A DNA stretch of 64,000 nucleotides from NCBI GenBank assembly GCA_951406725.2, contig OX597821.1:94736001-94800000 (forward strand), in the 5' to 3' direction. The position numbers and the translations under genes are program-made. Position 1 is the stretch's first letter; every line of letters starts with the position of its first letter. The notes below the pieces were generated by a model. The model saw nothing but the letters and a program-made list of their open reading frames with translations. It was not told the DNA's origin and made no database searches. The DNA comes from Octopus vulgaris (taxonomy: Eukaryota). Positions 14,387 to 28,726 of this stretch are shown here, in pieces.

Positions 14387-14790
14387 CAATGTTTTTCAAC
14401 CGGGGTTCATATGGCCCCTGAGAATCTATATATGGTTTTCGCGGTTTTGAGCGACAAAATAGTAAATTGGGCATCTGCAATGATATTTTAAGGGTCCCTG
14501 AAAAAAATTATTTTAGAAGTATGTATTGCAAGAAACAGCCTGGTTTCTTTCTCTAACATCTTACATAATTCAACCTAACGTTAATGAATGAAAAACACAA
14601 ATTGGAATTTTAAAAGAAGTTTCTATTAAATTAGTAGTGGCTGTGTGGTAAGTAGCTTGCTAACCAACCACATGGTTCCGGGTTCAGTCCCACTGCGTGG
14701 CATCTTGGGCAAGTGTCTTCTGCTATAGCCCCGGACCGACCAATGCCTTGTGAGTGGATTTGGTAGACGGAAACTGAAAGAAGCCTGTTC

Positions 14791-14831
<41 letters not shown>

Positions 14832-15142
14832 TGTGTGTGTATATGTTTATGTGTCTGTGTTTGTCCCCCTAGCATTGCTTGACAACCGATGCTGGTGTGT
14901 TTACGTCCCCGTCGCTTAGCGGTTCGGCAAAAGACACCGATAGAATAAGTACTGGGCTTACAAAGAATAAGTCCCGGGGTCGATTTGCTCGACTAAAGGC
15001 GGTGCTCCGGCATGGCCACAGTCAAATGACTGAAACAAGTAAAAGAGTAAAGAGTAAACATCGAATGGCTAAGGGGTCCACCAGAATAAAATTGTAACCA
15101 AGTGGAGTACATAGATTTTTAAAAAATGGTTGAGAACCCCTG
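14387..15142. mobile_element. hAT (Charlie-like) MITE with nested SINE A
   Basis: TIRs CAATGTTTTTCAACC / GGTTGAGAACCCCTG; perfect 8-bp TSD CTGTAGAG at 14379-14386 and 15143-15150. Confidence 0.88.
14636..15057 (+). mobile_element. SINE family A (young copy)
   Basis: Full body ending TGACTGAAACAAGTAAAAGAGTAAAGAG. Confidence 0.92.
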
Positions 15143-15425
15143 CTGTAGAGTGTAAATTAAGGTGGATTTGACTGCTATTTTTAACAGGTCCCGCGACCCG
15201 CATAAAGGTTCCTCGTTGAACATAGGCTAAATTATCTTGGATGCTTCAGTGAATTGCTAGACAAATGGCGACTGGCTGTGTTAATAAACTAAAAACAAAA
15301 TAACTGACATTCTTTTTATACGATATGCTCAGTGAAGCATAGTTACAATAATACCGACTTTTGTATGGGTCGCGGTATATATGGCGACGTCCTGGATTTA
15401 TTTCTGTCGACAGATAGACAGAGAC

Positions 15426-15476
<51 letters not shown>

Positions 15477-15749
15477 GGCAGATGTTGTGTCAATCATGCT
15501 ATTCTGAGCGTCTTAACATATCAGTTACATCTTTGACAGCGGTAAGCACACTACTTATCTACAGTAGTGAATTTGATAGTTATCTTTGTGTTGCCGGATT
15601 AACAGCCAAAACAACAGTAATACGAAGAGTTAACATTAAAAAAAAATTTTTTTTTTTAAACCCCAAAAAACATTGGAAATATTTATTTATTGTTTCTCAC
15701 TCTCCTTTTAGCCTTGCGTTGATTCTTCTAATCCCTTCTATTATAAGCA

Positions 15750-16480
15750 CAGTCGGCTTTGCCTTTCATCCTTTTGGGGTTGATCAATCAAATTCCAGTT
15801 GCGTACAGGGGATCGATCTAATCGATTGGCCCCCTTCCCAAAATTTAGGGCCTTGTGCCTAGAGTAGAAAAGCTTATAGGCACAAGCCCTGATATTTTAA
15901 GGGAGTGAGGCCTAGTCGATTACATTGACCCCAGAGTTCAACTGGTATTAATTTATCGAGCTCGAAGGGATGAAAAGAAAAGTCAATTCAGTGCAATTTG
16001 AACTCAGAATGTACAGACGGATGAAATGCCACAAAGCATGTGTCCGGCGTGTTAACGATTCTGCCAGCTTACCGCCTTAATAGTAATAATAATAATCCTT
16101 TCTATTAAAGGCCACAAGGCTTGAAATTTTGGGTGAGGGAACGAGTCAATTACATCGACCCCAGTGTTTCACTGGTACTTAATTTATCGACCGCAAAAGA
16201 ATGAAAGACAAAGTCATTTACGGTGTAATTTGAACTCAGAGTGTAAAGACGGACGAAAGGCCGCCAAGTATGTTGTCCGGCGTGCTAACGATTCTTATTT
16301 CTTTATAACCCACAAGGGGCTAAACATAGAGGGGACAAACAAGGACAGACAAAGGTATTAAGTCGATTACATCGACACCAATGCGTAACTGGTACTTAAT
16401 TCATCGACCCCGAAAGGATGAAAGGCAAAGTCGACCATGGCGGAATTTGAACTCAGAACGTACGATTCTATGAACTTGCC
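15750..16480. mobile_element. Cluster of nested SINE family B copies
   Basis: At least four partial copies, mostly on the minus strand. Confidence 0.8.
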
Positions 16481-16939
16481 ATCTTTTTGATTTTTATAAT
16501 GACTAAGCAATAATAGCGGCTGATTGGCAAAATCGTTAGAGCGTGGAATAAGGTTCTTGCGATATTTAGTTACAGCTCCTCACTTTCTGAGTTCAAAGGC
16601 TGCCGAGATCAAATTTGTATTCATTTCTAGTATTAATAATCCTTTCATTGTCAATAACATTAATTAGGAGAGAAGTTCTCAGTATCAACCTCATATTCCT
16701 GTAAAGTATTACAAATATGAATGAAGGTGAAAGAGGAAACTAACACTAAAGGCGCAAACATAGCCGTGCGCTTAAGGAATTCGATTCGCGACCTCAGGGT
16801 TCCAGATACGGAACGTTATTTTAGGCAAGGGTCGTAGCCTCTATTGCAAGCATTCAGGTCAGGTCCCCAATGTGATGAAACCTTCTAACTTACCTCCTTC
16901 CCAACTGATAGATATGTGTGTGTATATATACATACATAC

Positions 16940-16984
<45 letters not shown>

Positions 16985-17964
16985 GCTATATATAATAGCG
17001 TAAGAATATTGGGTTAAAAGCCCTTTGGATAGAAAAGGTCGAAAGTAGACCGTGAGATTCGAACCCATATTTTCTCTAAACAGTCGTTCTACCATTGGAC
17101 CAATCGAAACCGTCGAACCGCCTTATCCGGTTTAGAAACTTTGTTCTTATCAGCGGAAAATGAATGTTTTGTACGTCATACAAATGTAGATACTTCGAGA
17201 GGACATGGAATAATTCGTTCTATTTTAAAGGTTGAACTCGAAATAAATAAAGGTATAAATAAGTGCTAACGGTTCCACCAGCTTTCTGTTGTTTGTGTTG
17301 CTGTAGTTATTTAGTCTCATGTCAAATCTAATTGAACAGGTCTATTGGCAAGGGCCGGCATATCTAGTTAAACTGATTCACAAAATATGTATTTTTTTAA
17401 AAGGAAGTAAAAAAGATGTGAAAATCAGCTATAACAATGTAGCTTTCCAGTCTTATTGCTATGAAGGCATGACGTTGTGGAGAAAAAAAAATTGGAGGAA
17501 AAAGTTACAGAGGTTTAAAAATCGAAAAAAACTGTATTTTTAGCCAATGGCGAGGCAGAAATTTTCTGCGTTTAGCGGAGCGGTGTCAACTTTAAGGTTG
17601 TACCTTGTGAAATTTATAGTTTAGTGTCTGTGAAATGACGCGTTCATTGTAGGTTTCTAAATAAACAGAACTACCTACTTTCATTGTAGGTTTCTAAATA
17701 AGCAGAACTACCTAATAAAAGCAACATGTATCATCTTACTGTTTCTTTTGTCTCTTCATTGACTGCATGTTTTTATTATTTCTTTCAATTTGTTATATTA
17801 ATTTGTCTGCATGCGTTTGCTTTATGCGCATTTTATTATCATGTATACCTGCGCGCGTGTGTGTGAAAAGGGGGCCCCTGTCTACAAAAGTCTAAAGTTG
17901 AGTAACGTTTTCATTCTTGGATTTCTAAACTACGATAAGAATAAAACTAGTCAACAAAGAATTT

Positions 17965-18400
17965 GTGCACAAGAAAAAGAATACCTGTATCATATATGTT
18001 TTTGCATGCAAAATTCAAAAAATAATATCAAAGTATCTGTATCACCCACAGTTTCTCTGTTCCACAATATCCCTCTCAGTTCCTGTTACGTGGGCTAAAT
18101 TTCAGTTAAGCTGTTGAAGCTAATAGTTTAAGAAATACTCCTAATTTAAATGTTTATGAATAGAATTAACCTAGTAAAATCATAAATCCAACTATCTGAG
18201 TCAATGAGTCCCTGAAGCTTGGCAATACTGAATCGATGAGCCACCATTTTGTCAGTACTGTGCTTGAAGTGTATGTGGGCGGTTGTGTACTAAGTTCCCA
18301 TATTCCATTCACCTTCATAATGCCAGGAAACTGTATAAACATAGTAAACAACTTTTGTTACATTTGCAGTGACTTAACATCCAAAACACAAAACACGCGG
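17965..18400 (+). mobile_element. Probable Chapaev3-like (CMC) DNA transposon 5' fragment
   Basis: MPGNCINIVNNFCYICSDLTSKTQ resembles the C..N.PD.FCYICG N-terminus of Chapaev3-type transposases (from memory); no further coding sequence. Confidence 0.5.
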
Positions 18401-19717
18401 GTGAAAAATCAACAGAGAACAACGTATGGCACAGACACAGGTGAAGTGAAACACAAAACAGCGTGCGGTTGTCATGGTAACAAGCTGCTAATACCACGCT
18501 GTCTGTTGATTGGCTAAAATTACCCAAATTTCTCAACTTTAATTATTCCAAATAACATCAGATTCTTTAATTTGCGAGATAAAGTAATTGGTCGATCGTA
18601 ATCAAAATTCAGAGTTGCACTGATACACCAAAATTGAAAGCAATATGAGCAAAATTAAAGGGGCCGGATACCCGAATTATGCTGTCTTCCTTATCTGTCA
18701 GTGGGCTTCTAGTTTTGTTAGACATCGTGGTTTAACTTGATAGAATTTGACTGCTATTTCTACCATCTCATGTCGCAATGTAGAGGGTCCCTCTGGTCCG
18801 TAAGGGAAATAGTTGCGTGTATGCATGTGTGTGTATGTGTATGATATGTGCGTCGGGTGTAAAAGCGAAATACAGTCACCGAAAAAGCATTCGAGCATCT
18901 ACAATATTTCACCCACCCTGTCTCTGTGAAAAGCCATTTCACTCCACTTCAGTTTCGATGTGGAACTACTAAACTGTGAAATCAATCACCCATGTCAAAT
19001 TTGTCACACTTCCCTTTTTTTTTTTATTTGTGCGGGAGCAACCGAAGACCTTTCCTTCTCCCTATCTCCGCCTATTTCTCAACTACCTACTCCACATCAA
19101 GAGTTACTTGAAGTGATGTGGGTTAATAAAGATGGCGTCAAGCTAGTATGACACAGTCTGTTAAAGTTTACACTAGTGTGTGATATATATAATTGTTTGC
19201 ATGCACTTGCTTATATAGATAAGCTTACGTTATCGCTGTAATAACCGTTGTTGACTTTAAGAGTATGTATCGACATGTGACACATGTAATTTTGTTGTTT
19301 TCGATACCTACATAAACACACACACACAAACATTGTGTGTGTGTGCGTGTGTGTGTGTGTGTGTGCGCGCGCACAAATATAACTCATAGACACACATATA
19401 CACACTTATATGTGTATTCATACGTATATATGTATGTATATACGTAATATAAATAATATATAAATATATGCATATATATATACATACATATATGTACATA
19501 CCTACATCTATATGTATATATACATGCATATATGGGTACAGGACATCAAAACAAAAAAAAAAAACCTTGGACACAATGAGAAACAAAAACATAAAAACAA
19601 AAACATGGAAACGAACTCTTTTTTCAAACATACAACACAAGGAGTTTCTCATTGTGTTTCAACGTTTTTTTTTATGTCCTGTACCCATATATGCATGTAT
19701 ATATACATATAGATGTA

Positions 19718-20120
19718 GGCGCAGGAGTGGCTGTGTGGTAAGTAGTTTGCTAACCAACCACATGGTTCCAGGTTCAGTCCCACTGCGTGGCAACTTGGGC
19801 AAGTGTCTTCTGCTATAGCCCCGGGCCGACCAATGCCTTGTGAGTGGATTTGGTAGACGGAAACTGAAAGAAGCCTGTCGTATATATGTATATATGTATA
19901 TATATATGTGTGTGTTTGTGTGTCTGTGTTTGTCCCCCTAGCATTGCTTGACAACCGATGCTGGTGTGCTTACGTCCCCGTCACTTAGCGGTTCGGGAAA
20001 AGAGACCGATAGAATAAGTACTGGGCTTACAAAGAATAAGTCCTGGAGTCGAGTTGCTCGACTAAAGGTGGTGCTCCAGCATGGCCGCAGTCAAATGACT
20101 GAAACAAGTAAAAGAGAGTA
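19718..20120 (+). mobile_element. SINE family A, full length
   Basis: GGCGCAGGAGTGGCTGTGTGGTAAG A box, GGTTCAGTCCC B box, CTTGGGCAAGTG CORE-like motif, central TA/TG microsatellite, conserved tail. Confidence 0.93.
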
Positions 20121-20274
20121 TATGTATGTATATATGCATATATTTATATATTATTTATATTATTATATGATCGAACGCCATGCATCCTTTTCCAAGTATG
20201 TATATACATACTTATACATGCATGTGTGTGTGTGTTTGTATACGTACTTGCATATGGATATATATATCTTTTGT

Positions 20275-20654
20275 CTTTTTACTGTTTTCATTCATCAGAC
20301 TGCAGCCATGCTGGAGCACTGCTTTGAGTAATTTTTTGGAAGTCTGCTACTTGTTCTATCAGTGTCTTTTGCTGAAACGCTAAATTACGGGGACGTAAAT
20401 ACACCAACACCGTTTGTTAGGCGGTGTGTGTGTGTGAGAGGGACAAACACATATGCAAAGACACACGCACGCACATATATATATATATATATATATATAT
20501 ACGACGAGCTTCATTCAGTTTCCGTCTACCAAATCCACTGACAAACCATTGGTCGGTCCGAGGCTATAATAGAAGACAGTCGCCCAAGGTACCACGCCGT
20601 AGGACTGAACCCGGAACCATGTGGTTGGAAAGCAAGTTTCTTACCACACACCCA
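20275..20654 (-). mobile_element. SINE family A, diverged
   Basis: Matches the family A consensus with substitutions. Confidence 0.8.
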
Positions 20655-21634
20655 CGAGATGAAAGCGTTAAGCAGTGATGTGTATAAATACAAACCTGTT
20701 GCCCGTTCAAATATGCATCAGGGATATTCAAACTCGTAAGAAAGCCATTCACTGTGTTTGCTATGGAGAAAATTTTGTGCTGTAGGCAGATTAAATACAC
20801 CGAGTCACTTCGCAGAATTCCTTAAACAGACAGGTGGATGCATGCATTTCGGAGAGGTTATTTTCTCTTCAGCGCCAGATGTCGGAAAAGCAAACCTTGC
20901 GAACTGACAAGAGAGACAGATCTCTCTTATAGACCCCTCTTTGTACAATGACTGGTTGCGCTGATATGCTTGAGGCATATTCGAACTCGTATGAAAGGCA
21001 TTCACTGTGATCCAATTACTGAAACAAGTAAAAGATAAAAAATCAAAATATATATTTAGTCTAGTGATGACCTGCGACAATACTGGCAGAAACCTAAATA
21101 TCTAAAGTATACATAGACAGGCACATCATGGACAAAGACATACATACGTTCACAGATATTTAGTTTCACGTTTCTTTTTTTATATAATTGAAAGGTAAAA
21201 ACTACCGACACCTAATATCGAATGCCCGCCACATCTACTGTTTCATGTTTCACTGAATAAGAATGCAGAAAATGTCTTCTGACTCAAGGACTCTTGACCC
21301 CCAGGATTTGGTTGTAAGCTAATAGCTACATCATTACTCTTTACTTTCTCTTTGCTACTTTAAATAATGTCAAGGATATACATTTATGGCTTTGTTTTGT
21401 CCTCGACTCTGTTCGCTTCTCTGATAACTGTCATGTTGTTTGAAACGCCTTTGATCGAATTACATTTGTTATTGACTTTCATACATTCCTGCTTTCTTCA
21501 GCCGACATTTTTATTTTTAATTTAACTCATCACTCTTGTTTCTTTGTAATCTTCTTTTGTTGAGTCTTTTTCTTTTCCTTCTAATACTACTCGTACAGCT
21601 ACATTTTCACTACACACACACACACACACACACA

Positions 21635-21680
<46 letters not shown>

Positions 21681-21807
21681 TATAATACTCAGATATGTAT
21701 GTCTATGGACACATGTATATGCATAAATATACACATATAATGTACATAAATTTCTATGCATACATACATAATGCATACATGCATGCATGCATACATACGT
21801 ACATACA

Positions 21808-21841
<34 letters not shown>

Positions 21842-22009
21842 CATATATACATATATACATACATACATACATACATACATACATACATACATACATACAT
21901 ACATACATACATACATACATACATACATGGTGGTGGTGTTAAATTAGACACGGTCTGGACCAATCTCTGGTCGAAACATGTCTAAGTTATCCAGGTTTTA
22001 TATATAAAT

Positions 22010-22100
22010 ATGCCACATACCAGGTTCTCATAGATTTAATTAAGGTATTTGGCACAGTAAACAGGAGCCGCTGTGGATTGTTTTGTGTAAACATGGTTAC
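22010..22100 (+). pseudogene. RTE-like LINE reverse transcriptase fragment
   Basis: PTYQVLIDLIKVFGTVNR resembles the FIDLTKAFDTVNR motif. Confidence 0.6.
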
Positions 22101-22855
22101 CAAACACATTAAGGAACTACGGAGAAATATGAAAAAAAGATGCGTCTCTATCCTATACTGTTCTCTCCCACCATTGTTTTCTCTCTCATCCTTTCTCTAA
22201 TTCCTTTTTCTTTTCTCTTCACCGTTTTCTATCTGTCTCTCTCCCCCTCTTTTCCGTTACTCTCTCTCTCTCTCGTTGCTCACACGTGACCGTTGTCCAT
22301 CTTTCTTTTCCTCACGTAATCATCTTTCTTTTCTTTCAGGGCTGTCCTAAAGGCTGGACGTATCCTATCTATCTCTCTCTTCTATCTTTTCTCCTGTCAA
22401 AGAAAATATTTCTCCAAGCGTTCACTATTTTCCTCTCGCTCTGGTCTAACGACCCTCCATGTTTGATTTCGCTCGGTTTTCTTGTATTTCTCTACTGTCC
22501 TTTTTTTGTTCCCGTCTTTGACATTCCATAAATCCCAAATTTTATTTTGGTATTTGTGAGAGCAACTGCCTTCGAAGACTCATATTGTCGTTCAATGAAA
22601 TTAGAAGTAGATTGGCAACCGACAACTGATGAAGGGCCGTTCTTTATGTTACTTGTCCTGTTTTTCATTTTTTCTCTCGTTGTTTGCATATTCAACTCAT
22701 TTGTTTTCGTATTTCATAAATATATCTCTTAAAATGAGGTGTGAATGTTATTTTCATTGTTGTGTAATTTAGATGACAATTTATTCATCGCACCCTGTGT
22801 GTGTGTGTTTGTGTGTATGTGTGCGTGCATGCACACACACACACACCTATATACA

Positions 22856-22890
<35 letters not shown>

Positions 22891-23263
22891 ATAGACATAT
22901 ATATTGATAGATACACATATGTGTGTATATATTTATATGTATGCATATATATGTAGCTAGGCAGATATACAGGTATGTATACGCATACACACACATAGAC
23001 ACATAAACATACGTTTATAATGTACTGTCTTGCAGACGCATTAGTAATTACGTATGTCTGTGTGCGTTTGTGTATACTGGTTATAGATGATGTGACGAGT
23101 TTGTCTCTTTATTTCACATGGTAACCTAGCCATTCGGTAAATAGAGAGTGATAAAATAGCTATCAATTGAAACAAGTACTGAAGTTCCTTACGATCGATT
23201 AGAACTATCGAAGGCGTTTCCATGGCCGAAGCCGCAACCTGATACGAGTGAAATCATGGAAGG

Positions 23264-23317
<54 letters not shown>

Positions 23318-23417
23318 GAGAAGGAGAGGGAGGGAGGGAGAGAGATGTAAATAGATTAAGAAAGAAAGATAAGAAGGAAAAAAGAAAGAAACAAATAGGT
23401 AAATAAATAGATAGATA

Positions 23418-23449
<32 letters not shown>

Positions 23450-24232
23450 AGAGAGAGAGAGAGAAAGAAAAAGGAAAGAAATAAAAGAAAGGAAAGAAAG
23501 AAAGAAAGAAAGAAAGAAAGAGAGAAAGAAAAAAGAAAGAAAGAAAGAAAGAAGTGTGCTAAGGATACTTTGCCGGATAGATGGACACGCAGATGGAGGT
23601 ATGTGTTCATACATGAGCTGTATCTAACAAACACACTAATAACATAGTAAGCGTGTTTTATCTGAACGAATCAGATAAATATCATACACCATGCAATGAC
23701 AGACACACATTACTTATTGCTGTAATGACACCTCAGGTTTAATGTCGTCTGCAAAACTGGAAACGATCCCTCATTTTGTTTGAATTGCTAATCTGCTCAT
23801 TCACGTGTGCCAGGAAACAGAGAACATGATGTCTTTTATAGTTTAACTCTTTAGAATATGAACATAAATTTGAATACACTACCTGACAGGTCTACTTGAA
23901 ATAATAAAATCTCCAAGAAGACCACAGGAAAATCAGAATGTCGCCGAACTGGTTTCATTGCGAAAATCAAATTATGTAATCACCATAAGCATACACAAAC
24001 ACAAATGAACGTACACATACGCACACATACTATTTGCAACAAATGTACATACGTGTAAACATACATGTACACATATGTTTACAGACTCACCTCCAGTTAC
24101 AAAGGCATATATTTATTTACGCTATATTTAACCCCAATTTTATTGCTCTCATGCAAGAATTCACGTATTTGGACGCTTGCATAAGATCATACATACAACA
24201 CACCTTTCACCAGGGAGTGATGAACGCACCTC

Positions 24233-24301
<69 letters not shown>

Positions 24302-25554
24302 ATTACATATATAATTATCTCTCTATACATACACACATATGCAGTCAAGCACACACAAATACAGTATATGTATATATATGCAAGTGTATGTATGTGTATG
24401 TATGTATGTATGTATGTTTATAAAGTCAGTGAGAAAGAAAATGAGAGAAACAGACGACAATGCAACAGCGATTGAGAACAAAAGTCGGTTTTTACTAGTT
24501 TGTTCTTTATTTATATAAACATACATCTTTAATAAGCTAAATTTGATCCCGTGATAGATAATATATTGGTTTTAGCATTTGATGAATCTTCCCAATGTTT
24601 CTCATGAGTTATCGTATTGTTCTATTGTTTTTATTTGTTCTTCAGTTTTCAGATATCATCCTTGCTGGGCGTCATGGCTGCCAGTCTTCGCCTCTTTCTC
24701 TATTTATTCATTCGCCTATCTCGTTATACCAGACGGAGTCAGTATAAATGCATGAATATATTAAAAGCATGTATCAACCATATTTCATAAAATGCAATTC
24801 TTTCTAGCAAACGAGTGAGAACTCTACGTGGTCATTCCTTTAGCAAGAAATAGTAGCTAAATTTCCTTCACATTACACTCTACTATCAGCCACTGCTCAA
24901 GTCAGCGAGGCAGTCAGCTGCCATACGTTTGCACGATCTGATAGAAATATCAGCTAAAAAAGAAAAATGGCGTACCCTCATTTTACAGGCAGGTAGACGG
25001 CACTAGATAATGTAGTACTAGGATTTCAAAAATAAAGTGTACTACCGCTTATTCATAGGCGGAAAGACAGTGCACACAATCTTTCTTCTGGTAGAAGTAA
25101 GTTATCTTCAGATTTGAGAACGTGTCCGAATACTTGTAACATAATGGATATCACTTATGGTTCTGAAGTGTCATGTGGCGGTCTTAAAATGGATAGCGGA
25201 TTAAATCTACGCTACGCCTGATATATTGTCTGACTGATCACACCATAGGTCTACTCAGTCGGAGTTGCTAAGGAATAAATAACAAAAATTATAATTGAAT
25301 AAAATATGGGATTGTTAGAGTTGGAATACCTATGGTCATAAGTCTGTTGGATTAGGAAGAGGCTTCAAACAACAATGATGATTCCTATAACACCAATAAG
25401 AGCCTCAATTTTCTTTCTCATTAATCTTAGCATTTTCATAAAATATTTCGAGATTTTATCGAAAACATGGGCTATTACATTTTTGATTTGTAGCCATAGT
25501 TGTGTCGTGTTTAACAAATTTGTCCTACAACTAAGTAGTTTTGTGTTCAATACC

Positions 25555-25782
25555 TATTTTTTTACTACCCACAAGGGGCTAAACACAGAGAGGACAAACA
25601 AGGACAAACGGATTAAGTCGATTATATCGACCCCAGTGCGTAACTGGTACTTATTTAATCGACCCCGAAAGGATGAAAGGCAAAGTCAATCTCGGCGGAA
25701 TTTGAACTCAGAACGTAACGGCAGACGAAATACGGCTACGCATTTCGCCCGGCGTGCTAACGTTTCTGCCAGCTCGCCGCCT
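25555..25782 (-). mobile_element. SINE family B, full length, with TSD
   Basis: TTGTGTTCAATACC duplicated at 25541-25554 and 25783-25796. Confidence 0.92.
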
Positions 25783-26337
25783 TTGTGTTCAATACCACTG
25801 CATGGCACCTTGAGCAAGTGTCTTTTAACATACTCTCAGCTCGAGCAAAAGCTTGGAACGTCTTGTAAACGGAAACTGTGTGAAGGTCGGTCGGAGAGAT
25901 CATTCCCATTTCTGAATGGTAAACTCAGTAAAAATGTCACCAAGTTTAACATCGGCACCTAACCCTTCGGTTAGGATTCGAACCAGGTCTCCAGTCATAA
26001 TAGCTTCCTTCTTTTCTTCCACGTCCCTTCTTTTTTTCCTTTTTTCTTTCTTCCTTTCTTTCCCTTCCTTTGATCCTTCCTTCGACCTTTCCTTCATTCG
26101 TTCGTTCGTTCGTTCGTTCGTTCGTTCGTTCCTTCCTTCTTTAGTTTAACCAGTCTTGGAGTTCTGTTTTGACTGGAATGGGCAAAAGGTAATTGCTTGT
26201 GTTGACGTTTGGCTTCAGATTGGTTTTCAGGTTGAACAAATTTATACGAAACAGCTACACATTGTAGTCGTTACTGTTTTGTTTTCTTTCTGGAACATAG
26301 TGAATCTATAAGCACGATATACAAAATGTTCCCCCAC

Positions 26338-26412
26338 AAAACAACAACAACAACAATAATGATGATGATGATGATGTTGATGATAATGATAATAATAATA
26401 ATAATAATAATG

Positions 26413-26488
<76 letters not shown>

Positions 26489-26535
26489 TGATGATGATGA
26501 TCATGATGATGATCATGATCTTGATGATGATGATC

Positions 26536-26570
<35 letters not shown>

Positions 26571-26571
26571 C
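26338..26571. repeat. (CAA)(GAT)(AAT) compound microsatellite
   Basis: Directly visible. Confidence 0.95.
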
Positions 26572-27160
26572 AAGTCAAGTCCCCTTTTTAAGACAACTGT
26601 CACAGCGTATACCTGACGTGAACTGTTCTGCCAAGGGCAGCAAATATATTCTCAGGCTTCGTGTGTATATAAGGAACAATTATAATGTTTCCTCCAGCAT
26701 GAACATTTGTGTTAATTGGAGTTAATTACAGTAGAGCAGAGCCTTGTAATGAAGTAATATATAAACCAATATGTCAATGGTCGCCAACTTGACACTTTCT
26801 GGACAGATACAAGGAACTAGCATAACAAACGACTTGTCTTTTAAGAACAAACAGGGAATCACATACACGACGATGAAGAGAACAATGATGATAATGATAC
26901 GTCACTAGTTCTCCTATTCCAACTCCTTTTCCTTCTCCTTTCTTCCTTATCATCATCACAAGACCGCCACGCCAATGTCAACGGTATGACAAGCAATTTG
27001 TCCGGCTGACTGCTCCCACCTCTCCTGGCGTCGGCTGTTAAAACCACCAGTGTTAAAACACTGGCAATCTTCGTTTCTGTCCGAATGGGAGAGAATACTT
27101 CCCCTAACAGGCTCACACTCAGTGATGTTCAGTTTAAACCTCTATATAGAAAATATGGAG

Positions 27161-27420
27161 CAGTGTTTTTCAACCATTTTTTTTACCTATGGAGCCTTTT
27201 GATTCCTATTTCATTTGGATGGACCCTCATAGGCATTCGATGTTAAAAAAAGAAGAAATATTGTATTTTTATAATTAGATTTTATTAGGAATTGTATTTA
27301 AAAAAATGTGAAAATATTTCTTGTATTGTAGAAGCATAACCAATTTATTGCACAATTTTTAACGAACAAAATTTTATATTGACCCTCAAGGGCCATTTGG
27401 ACCCCGGTTGAGAACCACTG
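27161..27420. mobile_element. hAT-type MITE (inverted relative to the 14387 copy)
   Basis: TIRs CAGTGTTTTTCAACC / GGTTGAGAACCACTG. Confidence 0.8.
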
Positions 27421-27519
27421 GTCTGATGGGCTACAGACTGATTAAGGTATTTTGTGCGGTGGGGTATGATAGAAAGAAGTAGTAGAAATTGTAGAAAAAA
27501 TGAAAGAATTTGCAGGTTT

Positions 27520-27771
27520 AAGGTAAAGTTACTTTCTCAAGTCATTCCGACTCATAAAGGTCGGTTTCTCGGTATCATGGCGTATAAATTCCCCAGCTGG
27601 ATGGGACACAAGACTGTTGTAGAATTATTCGTTTTTTCCACCTGAGTGGACTGGAGCAACGTGGAATGAAGTGTTTTGCTCAAGAACGCAACGTGTCGCC
27701 CGATCCTGGAATCGAAACCACAATATTACGATCATGACTGCAACAACTTAACCACTAAGCCACACGCTTCC
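27520..27771 (-). mobile_element. Older tRNA-derived SINE
   Basis: Minus strand GTGGCTTAGTGGTTAAG ... GGTTTCGATTCC ... CTTGAGCAAAACAC; tail related to 10400-10500. Confidence 0.7.
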
Positions 27772-28319
27772 ACAAAGTTACCTTTGCGAAATATGCCGAC
27801 TCATAACACCCTAACCACTAAGCCACGTGCTTCCACTAATTTGCTGGTTTGGGGGAATCCCATTCCCCCAAACGGCTTGGAAGTAGAGTCCAGTGTTGTA
27901 TTACAGGAAGGAAAATTTAGAAGAAATAGTATCTGTACAAGGTAGTGGTTGTAGCTATTTAGTGAGTAAACGTTTCCCTATTTGTGTAAGGGATTTCATT
28001 TGGTTGCAGTTTAGAATGTTAGGGTGAAGCAGCAGTATCTTCCCAGATATGTGAGCATTATTCCGATGTCGGTCTAAAATGTCTGCGTATATATGAGCAG
28101 TATGTATATGCATGTATGAGTAACACTGTCGTTGATGCATGAGTAATAATCTAATGCCGATCTAAGATGTTTGTGAGCGCAACAGCAGTATTGTCTTAGA
28201 TATATGAGCAGTACGTCTAAGGTATTTGTGTATGTAACAGAACACTGTCCTACAGAAGATATTTTTGTAGATAACATCAGCAAAGTACTAAATATGTGAG
28301 AAGTACTCTAATGTAACTC

Positions 28320-28726
28320 TCTCTCTTTTCTCTTTTACTTGTTTCAGTCATTTGACTGCGGCCATGCTGGAGCACCGCCTTTAGTCGATCAAATCGACCC
28401 CGGGACTTATTCTTTGTAAGCCCAGTACTTATTCTATCGGTCTCTTTTGCCGAACCGCTAAGTGACGGGGACGTAAACACACCAGCATCGGTTGTCAAGC
28501 AATGCTAGGGGGACAAACACACACACATACACACACATATATATATATACATATACATATATACGACAGGCTTCTTTCAGTTTCCGTCTACCAAATCCAC
28601 TCACAAGGCATTGGTCGGCCCGGGGCTATAGCAGAAGACACTTGCCCAAGATGCCACGCAGTGGGACTGAACCCGGAACCATGTGGTTGGTTAGCAAGCT
28701 ACTTACCACACAGCCACTCCTGCGCC
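28320..28726 (-). mobile_element. SINE family A, full length
   Basis: Matches the family A consensus. Confidence 0.93.

Noticed and set aside
17044-17111. tRNA-like sequence on the minus strand (TGGTCCAATGGTAG..GGTTCGAATC); similar T-arm at 25960-25995
   Set aside because: No complete cloverleaf; most likely decayed SINE heads or tRNA pseudogene pieces
21945-21985. GACC..GGTC-GAAACATGTC hammerhead 3' half
   Set aside because: No CUGANGA-like 5' core upstream
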